Part shown: piece after piece, positions 46,728 through 58,700 of the stretch
Position numbering within the stretch: the first letter of the stretch is position 1
Layout: every line of letters begins with the position of its first letter
DNA from: Candidatus Kaiserbacteria bacterium RIFCSPHIGHO2_01_FULL_53_29
GTDB taxonomy: Bacteria > Patescibacteriota > Minisyncoccia > Phycocordibacterales > UBA2100
Length of the DNA stretch: 64,000 nucleotides
NCBI GenBank assembly: GCA_001781125.1
Contig: MFKT01000009.1
Location: forward strand, 126,840-190,839
Direction of reading: 5' to 3'
Program-made: the position numbers and the translations under genes
The notes under the pieces: model-generated
Told to the model about the DNA's origin: nothing
The model's input: only the letters and a program-made list of their open reading frames with translations
Databases searched by the model: none

Positions 46728-49700
46728 TCATGGCGTTTCCGTTGGTGCCGGAATTTGTTCTGGAGCGGGCTCCGGTGCCGGAGCGGGCGCGGGTTCTGGC
46801 GCGGGCTCCGGAGCGGGTTCTGGCGCGGGAGCTGGCGCGGGAGCTGGCTCCGGCGAAGGTGCGGGCTCGGGGGCGGGAGACGCTTCTTGCGGCGCGGCCT
46901 CGGCCGCGCCGCCTCCCGTATCTGCCGGAGCTTCTTCAACAGGGGCGTCTGCGGACGGCTCCTCGGCAGGCGAGTCCGGAGTCTCGCTTGGCGTGTCTCC
47001 CGCCGGTTCTTCCGCGGGCGGCGATTCAGGAGCAGGGGTTGGTTCTGGCACGGGTTCTGGCGCGGGAGCGGGAACGGGCGAACTTCCTCCCCCACTTGCT
47101 GCGGCAGCTGCCGATTGCGCACTCTGTGTGCCATTTTTGTCGAGCAGCGCCTTAAATTCCTCGCGCGTCACGCAGACATCTTCGAGGCAGAGCTTTTTGA
47201 CCGTGAGCTCATCGCCCGTTCCCCGCTTAAAGACGAGCTCGTCGGTCGTGAAGATGCGCGCATAGACGCTGTCGAAGATGCCGGCCACCGCGTAGATCGC
47301 GCTGTTGTACGCACGAACTACCATACCACCAAGACCCTCGAGCGCACTCTTCAGCCCATCCGATGCATCCGCGAATGCCGCGTACCACGGCGTCGTGGTC
47401 GCGAATTCTTCCCGCGGCGTCGTCGTCGCGTTCACTATTTCCGCCACGCTCGTTGTCGCGACAAGCGCGTCGAATTTCGCGTCGAGTTCTTGGATAGCGC
47501 CGATGGCAGGCGCGATTAGCTGTGTGTAGTCAAGCCCGAGGTAGCCGTTCTCAGGGTCAACGATAGAGATGGTATTGGGGAAATACTGCTGTACATTCTG
47601 CGCGAGAAAGCCAAGCTGAGTGGTGGAAGCCCCTATCATGTTGAAGGAGACTGGATTGAGTTGCAAAATTTTGGACAGCGAGCTGCCGAGAGAGGAGATG
47701 TTCTCCTTAAGCCGCTCGTCGGACACGTCGGTGATGGTGCCGGTGTACTCGATGTCTCCTGTGACGTCGAGCGCGACGGAGGGATCGGTCATGGCGATGC
47801 CGACGTTGCCTGCGTTGGTCACGATGAGGTGCGTCGTCGAAGAGCCGATGTAGAAGGAAGGAGACGTGTCTACGCCGCTCGGGAGGATGGAGAGGCGGCC
47901 CCATGGCGTCGAGGTGCCAATGCCGACGTTGCTCGAGAAGACGGCTCGACCGTCGACGGTGAGAGAAGGTGTGGAAGAAGCGGCTGTTGATGTCGCACTC
48001 TGGCCGATGCGGAGGCCGGTGCGGACGAACATTTCTTCCGCCATCGTGTATCCGGCATCAGAGACAGTGAGGTACGGGTAGTCGGCGCTGTTGCCGATGT
48101 GGAGGAGCGGCGAGGAGAATTGGTAGGTGCTGAGTGAGTCATTGAAGTCATCAATAAACGCCACGCGGTTGGGCGAGAGGGCGGCAAGAGCGGGAGTATC
48201 CTCTATACCGGAAATAGTGAGGCTGCTTCCTACTTGAGACCAAGTTGAGCCGTTAAATTCATAGACTGTGAGTAAATCGTGGTCTGAATGGAAGAACGCC
48301 ACGCGGTTCGGTGACATCGCCGCAAGCGCAGGAAAAGCCGCGTGATAGGCTGTAAGAGCCAGTGAGCTCCCGACTTTTGTCCATGTCGTGCCATTAAATT
48401 CGTATGTCGAAAGGCTATCAAGAGTTCGATCAGTGTACGCAATGCGGTTTGAATTAAGCGCTGCGATGGCGCCTTGAGAAAAACTTCCCGACGGTGTAAT
48501 GCTACTCCCGATAGATGACCATACGGATCCATTAAACTCATATGCTTGCACGACGCCAGTATCGTTATCAAGGAGAGCGATACGATTTGGGGCCAGTGCG
48601 GCAAGACTTGGAGTCTGACCTATACTACTCACTGTCAATCCACTACCTATTTGAGACCAACTAGAAACTCCGAATTCGTACACTCGGAGCGAGTCGTTAT
48701 TCGCGTCAAGATATGCGATGCGACTGGGAGAAAGCGCGGCAATCCCAACAACTTGATTACTGATCGTTATTGCAAGAGCGCTTCCCTGTTGAGTCCACGA
48801 GGCTCCGTCGAAAACATATTTTCTGAGTGAACCGCTACCGCTTACGAATGCCACAGAGTTGGGCGAAAGTGTCGCTATTGTAGGATAAACATGCGATAGA
48901 GATAGCGTGTTCCCCACCTGCGCCCACGTCTGTGCGAGTCCTGCTGATGAGATGGTCAATCTTCCTGTCGTCGAAGCATTGGAGCCGATGCCGAAATTTC
49001 CATTTGCCGAAAGATACATCGACGATGTGGCGGTGAGTGTGGTGCCGACGTACGAGAGCGTCTGCCCTGCGGTGCCGGATGGGAGTGAATCTCCGGCGAT
49101 GAGACACGAGCCAGAGATGGAGAAACATCCTCCCGCCAGATCAATGCCTCTTGCAAATGTGGAGGTCGCGGCAGTGCCGGTCACATTGAGGTATGGAGTA
49201 TCGAGTCCGTTGTAGATAGTGGAGGTGGCGGAGGCGTAGAAGTTGGCGGATGCGTTGATGGAGAAAAGCGAACCGGGAGTCGTCGTCCCGATACCGACGT
49301 TTCCAGCGTTGGTGACGATGAAGTGTGTCGTGGATGAACCGATGTAGAAAGAGGGGTCAGTGCCAACGCCGCTCGGGAGGATGGAGACCTTGCCCCATGG
49401 AGTGGAAGTCCCGACACCGACGTTGCTCGAGAAGACGGCTCGACCGTCGACGGTGAGGGATGGTGTGGAAGAAGCGGCTGTTGATGTCGCACTCTGGCCA
49501 ATGCGCAGACCGGTGCGGACGAACATCTCTTCCGCCATCGTGTATCCGGCATCAGAAACAGTGAGGTACGGATAGTCGATGCTGTTGCCAACGTGGAGGA
49601 GCGGCGAGGAGAATTGGTAGGTGCGGAGGGAGTCGTTGGTGACGTCAATGTATGCGACGCGGTTGGGCGAGAGCGTTGCTAGCGCAGGGATCGCGACGCC

Positions 49701-52700
49701 CGAGATCGAAAGGCTGCTTCCGACTTGGGACCACGAGGCGCCGTTCCACTCATACACCGTAAGTGAGTCGTTGGTCGCGTCGATTAAGGCGACGCGCGAA
49801 GGCGAGAGAGCGGTCAGCGCCGGGCTCGTGGCGGACGCGATCGTGAGGCCGCTGCCGATCTGCGACCAGGTTGAGCCGTTGAATTCATAGGTACGCAGGG
49901 ATGTATTGGCGTCGTCGAGGAACGCGATACGATTCGGTCCGAGCGCCGCCATGCCCGCGGCGGCCACGCCGCCTCCGATGGTCGTACTCGTCCCGACTTG
50001 ATTCCAAACAGAGCCGTTGAACTCGTACGTGCGCAATTGATCGTTCGTCGTTTCAATGAACGCTATGCGGTTCGGTGAGAGGCCGGCGAGTGCCGGAGGT
50101 GTCCCCGATGTGATAGTGAGACCGGTTCCGATCTGTGACCAGGTAGAGGTAGCGCTGAATTCATATACGCGCAGCTCATCGTTAGTGGCGTCAATAAAGG
50201 CGATGCGGTTCGGTGAGAGCTCCGCCATCGCTGCTGCCGCAGACGTGGTGATGCCCATACTGACACCAAGTTGCGACCAACTGACGCCGTTCCATTCGTA
50301 CGCCGCGAGGACGTTGTTGTTGTTCTCAAAGAGGGCAACACGATTCGGCGATAGCGCGGCCATGGCAGGACCGCCGGCGCCTGTCACCGTCTTTCCACTC
50401 CCCACCTGCGCCCACGTCTGCGCGAGTCCTGCTGAGGAGATGGTCAGCTTCCCTGTCGTCGAGGCGTTCGAGCCGATGCCGAAGTTGCCTGAGGCGGACA
50501 TATAGAGCGTCGAGGTGGCAGTGAGTGTGGTGCCATCCTCTTGATAGTAGGGCATGTATCCCGCAGTTCCGGAAACTACCGTCCCACCGGAGTTGATCAT
50601 CAAGCACGTGCCCGCCACAGAGAAACAGCCGCTGGAGATATTCACGCCGTTGGCGAACGTGGAAGAGGCTGAGGTACCGGTGAGGTTAAGGTATGGAGTG
50701 TTGAGACCGTTGTAGATGGTGGAGGTTGCGGAGGCGTAGAAGTTGGCGGAGCCGTTAACGGAGAAAAGCGAAGCAGGGGTTGAACTGCCGATGCCCACAT
50801 TCCCGGTCGACGTCATGATGAAGTGCGTTGCGGTCGAGGAGCCGATGAGGAAAGAGGGGTTCGTCCCGTTCCCCGGATCGATGGAGACCTTGCCCCACGG
50901 CGTCGACGTGCCAACACCGACGTTGCTCGAGAAGAGCGCCCGGCCGTCGACGGTGAGGGATGGAGTAGAAGATGCAGCTGTCGAGGTGGCGCTCTGGCCG
51001 ATGCGGAGAGTGGTCCGCACGGACATCTCCTCCGCCATCGTGTGACCGGCGTCGGAGACGGTGAGGTAGGGGTAGTCCGCGCTGTTGCCGATGTGGAGGA
51101 GGGGGGAGGAGAATTGGTACGTGCGAAGCTCGTCGTTGTTCACATCAATGTAGGCAACACGGTTTGTCGACATCCCAGCGAGTGCCGGGATCGCAACCGT
51201 CGAGATCGACAGGTTGCTGCCCACCTGGGTCCAGCCGGAACCATTGAATTCATACGTCTGCAATACGTCGTTCGTCGCGTCGATGAAGGCGACACGGTTT
51301 TGGGACAGGGTCGCGAGCGCGGGAGACGTTGCCGACGCAATAGTCAGTCCGCTTCCCTGCTGTATCCACGTGGAGCCGTCAAATTCATACACGCGCAAGG
51401 AAGTGGCATTGTCATCGATAAACGCGATACGGTTTGGCGATAGCGTCGTCATTGCGGCTGCGGTCATGCCCGTGAACGAGACTCCGGTTCCCACCTGCGA
51501 CCACGTCGAGCCATTGAGTTCGTAGACGCGAAGCGAATCGTTGGTCGCGTCGATGAACGCAACGCGATTTGGCGAAAGCGCAGTGAGCCACGGACTGCCC
51601 ACCGTAGAGATAGCAAGCTCCGTTCCCACTTGCGACCACGTCGACGTCGCGCTGAGTTCATACACGCGCAGCGCATCATTCGTCCCGTCAATGAATGCGA
51701 CGCGGTTCGGCGAGAGCGCAGCCACCGCTGCCGCGGCGGCAGTTGAAATGGAGTAGCTCGGTCCGACTTGCGCCCAGGCTGCGCCGTCGAACTCAAAGTT
51801 CTTGAGCACATTGTTGTTGTTTTCAAATACCGCGACTCTGTTCGGTGAAAGGACAGTGATCGTAGGACCGCCGGAGCCCGAGATCGCTTTACCACTTCCG
51901 ATCTGCTGCCACGTCTGAGCGAGTCCCGCTGAGGAGATCGTGAGCCGTCCCGTGGTGGAAGCGGTGACACCGATACCTACTTTTCCTGCTGTTGAAAGGT
52001 AGAGCGATGATGTGGCCGTGAGCGCGGTACCGGTGTTTTCGTAGAACGGGAAGTAGCCTTGAGTTCCTGAAGTGATCGTTCCGCTTCCCTCAGTAAGACA
52101 GCTGCCATTCAAGGCGAAACACCCGCCGGAGAGATCGATGCCGTTGGCGAAGGTGGAGCTCGCGCTCGAGCCCGTGATGTTGAGGTATGGCGTCTCGAGA
52201 CCGTTGTAAATAGTGGAGGTGGCGGAGGCGAAGAAGTTGGCGGAGCCGTTGATGGAAAAGAGCGAGCTCGGCGTCGTTGTGCCGATGCCGACGTTGCCCG
52301 TATTCGTGACTATGAGATGCGCAGCGGTTGTGGAGCCGATGAAGAGTGAAGGCTGTGTGTTGTTGCCACTCACATCTATGGAGAGCCTTCCCCACGGTGT
52401 CGACGTGCCGATACCGACGTTACTTGAGAAGACTGCGCGGCCGTCGACGGTGAGTGCGGGGGTGGAACTCGCCGCGGTCGAGGTTGCGCTCTGCCCGATG
52501 CGGAGTTCTGTACGAACATTGAGTGCTTCTGCACTTGTGAGTCCAGCATCGGAAACGGTGAGGTACGGGTAGTCACTGCTGTTGCCGATGTGGAGGAGTG
52601 GGGAGGAGAATTGGTAGGTGCGGAGGGAGTCATTCGTGACATCGATAAACGCGACGCGATTCGGTGAGAGGGCGGCGAGAGCGGGAATGGCTACCGTTGC

Positions 52701-55700
52701 GATGGAAAGACTGTTCCCAACCTGCGCCCAACTAGAGCCGTTCCACTCATACACTCTAAGCGAATCGTTGGTGGCGTCGATAAAGGCGACGCGGGTCGGC
52801 GAGAGAGCGGTGAGGGTGGGAACGCCTACGTCGGAGATGGCAAGACCAGTACCTATCTGCGACCACACCGTACCGTTCAGTTCGTACATCCGCAGCGACG
52901 CATTGCTATCGTCGATGAAGGCGACGCGATTCGGGGAGATGGTGGCAAGGGCGGGCGTACCGACCGAGGAGATGCTCGTACTCGCGATCTCCGACCATGT
53001 GGAGCCATTGAATTCGTACGTGCTCAACTTGTCGCTTGTGGAATCGATAAGGGCAATGCGGTTGGGAGAGAGGCCAGCGAGAGCGGGCGTGCCGACCGAT
53101 CCGATCGTGAGACCGCTCCCGACGGTCGACCAGGTAGACGTCGCGCTGAATTCGTATACGCGGAGGGTGTCGTTGGTGCCTTCGATAAATGCGACGCGAT
53201 TCGGAGAAAGTGCGGCGAGAGCAGCAGTCGCCGACGTGGTGATGGGATGACTCACGCCCAGTTGCGCCCATCCGGCGCCGTTCCATTCGTATGTCGCGAG
53301 TACGTTGTTATTGTTCTCGAACAGTGCTACTCGATTGGGAGAAAGGGCAGCGAGAGCGGGTGCGCCCGCACTAGAAACCGTAAGCCCACTCCCCACCTGC
53401 TCCCATGTCTGCGCGAGGCCGGCGGAGGAGACAGTGAGACGACCTGTCGTCGAGGCGTTGGAGCCGATGCCAAAGTTTCCGTTTGGTGAGAGATAGGTCG
53501 ACGAAGTGGCAGTCAGGGTAGTACCGACGTACGAGAGCGTCTGGCCTGCCGTGCCTGATGGGAGAGAATCTCCGGCGGTGAGACACGTACCACTAACCGA
53601 GAAACATCCTCCCGCAAGGTCGATGCCGCGGGCGAAGGTCGAAGTGGCGGACGTGCCGGTGATGTTGAGATATGGGGATTCGATTCCGCCGGTGAACGTG
53701 GTCGTCGCCGGAGAGCCGAACGTAAAGGCGCCGCTCGTCCCGCTGATTGCAGCGGCTGCGACGCTGGATGTTGCGGAGTACGTGGACGTGGCGAGGAAGA
53801 AGGAGCCGCCAGCGTTGCGGAAGGTCCACGAATTGTTGGTACCGTCGCCAAGCGCGAACTGCGGACCGGATGAATTTGAAGAGGTTAAAGTCCAATTCGG
53901 CGTCGTCGTACCAATGCCAACCTTACTGTTCCCGAGTACGGATAGAATTGAATTCGTCGAACTCGCAGTCGCAATGTTGAAGATGTTTGCGGTAGTGCCG
54001 ATCGTCGATGAGGACGAAAGGAAAGAGCCGGAGCCGGTGACGAGGAGCGAGTTGCCTACGGTGAGCCCGCCCCTAAAGTCGCCATCAGAAGCAAAGAGGT
54101 TGTTGCGGAGCGAGAGCGTGCCTGCCTCGATACCACCGGCTTCAAGTTGTTGAACGTATGCGCCGCCGAGGTCCCAGACCTCGAAGGAATTTGACGTGCC
54201 TGTATCCGCAAAATATGCATAGCGGCCTTGGACAAAGACTCCCCTTCCGGCATTGTTTAAGTTATACGTTGCAACCCTCACTGGCGCGGCAGGATTTGAC
54301 ACGTCCCATATTTGGAACCCGTTTGCGGCACTAATATTTGCTATATAAGCATATCGGCCTTGAACGAAGAGGCCCTCGGAACCACCCGGGATTGTGCTCA
54401 GCGAGATGCGAGTCGGCAATGCCGGATTTGAAACATCCCAGATCTCAAAATCGGTTGATTGGTTCGTAATGTATGCATAGCGACCCTGAATATATATCGC
54501 ACTGCAACAGGAATTTTTAGTATTGCTCGATACACGGAAGGGTGCAGCGGGGTTGGATACATCCCATATCTCGAACGTGCTTTGATTACTACCTGCCAGA
54601 TACGCGTATTTACCTTGCACTCGTATACTTCCGGTAACACCAGCGGTACTTGCAGAGACGCGCACAGGTGCCGCCGGATTTGAGACGTCCCAAATTTCAA
54701 ATCCGTCAGTAGCGACGTTATCAGATAGGTATGCATACCGTCCCTGAACGTAAATATTCCTCCCGGTTTGATTCAAGGTATTTTGCGAAACGCGTATCGG
54801 TGCTGAAGGATTGGAGACGTCCCAAATTTCAAATCCGTTAGTGGCAGTTAGATCCGCTATGTAAGCATAGTTGCCCTGAACCTGGATACTTACGCCGCTG
54901 CCATTGAGTGTATTGCTCGAAAGTCGGATCGGTGACTCCGGATTCGAAACATCCCAAATTTCAAATGCATTGGTAGTGCCTAGATCGACCAAGTAGGCAT
55001 AGCGGCCCTGCACATATATACCGAAGCCGTTTGTGTTAAGGGTTCCTTGTCCCACCCGCCGTGCCGTCGTTGTTCCCGCCATGACACTAAGTTGTGCGAT
55101 GGTTGATGAGGCAGTGCCCCCGATAATGACCTGGCCGGTGTTGTTGATGGAAAATAGATTCAGATTGGCGGTGTTGGAGAGCGTGGAGGATGCTATCTGA
55201 AAGAGCATCGAGTTGGTCTCGCCGTTGCTGGCCTGGATGGAAAACTTTGCGTACGGCGTGGTAGAGCCAATGCCGACACGGCTAGTGGTGTCTATATAAA
55301 GAGTCGATGTGGCCGTGAGGGTCGTGCCGACGTATGAGAGCGTCTGGCCTGCGGTGCCAGTTGGGAGTGAATCTCCGGCAGTGAGACACGAGCCAGAGAT
55401 GGAGAAACATCCGCCGGCGAGATCGATACCGCGGGCGAAGGTCGAGGTCGCGGCGGTGCCGGTGATGTTGAGGTATGGAGTATTGAGTCCGTTGTAGATA
55501 GTAGAGGTGGCACCGCTGTAGAACTGCGCGGCGCTTGCGACGGAGAAGAGAGAGCCGGGGGTGGTGGTGCCGACACCGAGGTAGCCGTTGGCATTGACGG
55601 TGAGGATGCCTTGGTTGGTGGAGCTTGCGATCTGGAAGAGGTTGCTGCCGGTGGTTCCGTTGACTACGAAGTTGCCGCCCGGAGTCGTGGTGCCGATGCC

Positions 55701-58700
55701 GACGTTGCCGGCGGAAGTGATGCTTAAACGAGCGTCTGACAAAGTGATGTTACTGGAATCCGCCGCATTGTTTGTTGCAAGATGTAGCGTGCCAAGTCCA
55801 CCAGGAGCGCGCCGTTCAAAAAAGATACCGCCTTTTCTGTTGGTGTCGGTCGTTACATCAGACACCTCAAACAACAATTGAGCAGTTACCCCCGTTGTTA
55901 CAGAACTAGTCTGAATGAGGATCGTACCATCAGAATTATCAGAAATATGTAATTTTTTGTTCGGAAGAGCAGTTCCGATGCCCACCTTTCCCGCTGTCGA
56001 GATGAAGAGCGAGGAGGTGGCGGTGAGCGTCGTGTCAACGTATGAGAGGGTCTGCCCTGCCGTGCCTGATGGGAGAGAATCTCCGGCGATGAGACACGAG
56101 CCAGAGATGGAGAAACATCCGCCGGCGAGGTCGATGCCCCGCGCGAAGGTGGAGGTCGCAGCAGTGCCGGTGATGTTGAGGTACGGTGATTCGATGCCGC
56201 CCGTGAACGTGGTCGTCGCCGGAGAGCCGAAAGTAAAGGCGCCGCTCGTCCCGCTGATTGCAGCGGCGGCGACAGTTGAGGTCGCAGAGTATGTAGAGGT
56301 CGCGAGGAAGAAACTGCCGCCTGCGTTCCTGAACGTCCACGCATTGTTCGTGCCGTCGGCAAGTGCGATCTGTGGGCCGGTTGACGAGGCCACCGTAAGT
56401 ACTGAGGACGGCGTGGTCGTGCCGATACCGACAGAGCGACCGGTCGTAAAGATGTTGGAGTTGGTAGTGGATGCGTATGTCCACACCTCGGGCGAGTTGG
56501 CGCGCTGCGTCCAGTTCTTGTTTTGATTGGCGGTGGAGCTGATAGGCGCTCGGTATATGACGTCGGACAAGCCCCCGCCACCCCCCAGTCCACCGAACAG
56601 AAATACGTTTTCTCCGATTACAGCAAGTGGTGAGTATCCTAGTACACCGGGGAGGCTCTTGCCAGTGTCATCCCAGTTAGTTGGATCGGATACGGGTGCA
56701 CGGTAGATGACTTTTGAACCCTGCCCACCGAACAAATAAATATAATCTCCCGCTATCAGCACCGATGAGGCCCCTAGATTACCTGGCAGCACTGCTCCCG
56801 TATTGCTCCAACTTAGGGGATTAGAGACGGGAGCGCGATAAATCACATTGGTAAAATCGGATCCATATCCACCGAGTAAATATACATAATCGCCGATAGT
56901 AACGACGCTTGAGTACGCGAGTCCCCCGGGAAGGGTCGCGCTGGTATTCGACCAGGCCGTTGGATTCGATACTGGAGCGCGGTAGATACTTGTAAGCCCG
57001 TTGGAACCTTGATCGCCTCCAAAGAAGTAAACGTAATTACCAATAGTTGCAATACTGCTTCCTTCAATCGAATCAGGTAATGTCGCACCAGTGTCGCTCC
57101 AACTGGTGGGATTGGAAACGGGGGCGCGGTAAATGACGTTGGTCACGGAGGTACCGTTAAAGCCGCCAAAAAGATAGACGTAATCTCCAATAACCGAGAT
57201 GTTTGAATGTGACAGATTCCCCGGAAGAGTTGCCCCCGTGTCACTCCAGCTTGTGGGGTTGGAGAGGGGGGCGCGGTAAATGACATTCGTATGCCCGTTC
57301 CCGGTTGTGCGACCACCGAAAAGATAAATGTAATCACCTATCACTGCCAACTTTGAGTACGCGAGAGTGGAGGGAAGCGTACTTCCCGTGTCCACCCAAC
57401 TTCCCGGATCGAATTGGTAGCGGACCTGGGAGACCATGGAAAGAGCTGTCCAGTTGGATGAGAGCGCGGTCGTGGAAGCGTATGCATTTCGGAATTCGAG
57501 CATGCCACCGTTCTCGCGAAGACCATAGCCTTGTGCGCCCGCGCCGTATGCACCGCCGAAGTTGAGGTAGCGACTGCCCCCGTCGAGGTGGATGTTGCCG
57601 TACACGGCGAGTGTCGTGGAAGCGTATGGCGTCGTCGTACCGATGCCGAGGCTCCCCGCACTCGTAAAGGTGAGCGTGGATGAAGAAGTGAGTGTGCTTC
57701 CGGCAGAGAAGTATGCGAGCTGATTTGCTGTGCCAGAGCCTCCGATACCGCCGAGGCCCGCTGCGGAGAGACAGGTACCACTGATGGAATAGCAGCCGCC
57801 GGCGAGATCGATGCCGCGTGCGAACGTCGAGGTCGCAGCAGTGCCGGTGATGTTGAGGTAGGTGGAGGAGAGTCCATTTGAAAATGTTGATGTTCCACTT
57901 CCCTGCACGATGAGATTGCCTGTTGTCGTTGCTCCTCCGTATATGGTGAGGCCCGTGGTCTGTGTGCCACCGCCGATCGTTGAGCTCGCCGTCGAGATGA
58001 GCCCGGCGAAGGTCGAGAGGCCCGAGACACCGAGCGTCGAGCTAATGGTCTGCGCGCCGGTGAGCGCGAGAGTGGAGCCGTCGAACGTGAGGTTGGACGA
58101 TGATGTCAGGCTATCGGCATCCGAGTAGTACGCGAGACGATTGGCCGCACCAGCACCATCGAGGCCGCCGAGTCCTGTGGCAGAAAGACATGAGCCAGAG
58201 ATGGAGAAACAGCCGCCCGCGAGATCAATGCCCCGCGCGAAGGTGGAGGTGGCGGCTGTGCCGGTGATGTTGAGGTATGGTGATTCGATTCCGCCGGTGA
58301 ACGTGGTCGTCGCCGGAGAGCCGAAGGTGAACGCGCCGGTGCTGGCACTGATAGCGGCTGCGGCGACGGTGGAGGTCGCTGAGTATGTAGAGGTCGCGAG
58401 GAAGAAGGAGCCGCCAGCGTTGCGGAAGGTCCACGAGTTGTTGGTGCCGTCGCCGAGTGCGAACTGCGGACCTGTCGAGGATGCGATGGTCAGCGAGAAG
58501 AACGGTGTCGTCGTGCCGATGCCCACTTGCCCTGTCGACTTCCATATGCCCGATGGTAGATATGTCGAACCCGAAGAATCGATGTGCAAGGCGGTCGTCG
58601 AGGCGCTCGTGACCGCTTCAAAGATGTTGCCGGAGCTCGGTCCCCAGACGGTGAGCTTGGAGTACGGCGTCGAAGTGCCGAGGCCGAGCTTGCCACCGCT

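Noticed and set aside
46670-46728. Short hairpin CGGGC-TTTGCGC-GCCCG downstream of the giant gene as a terminator
   Set aside because: The stem is only 5 bp and no T-tract follows, so the support is insufficient.
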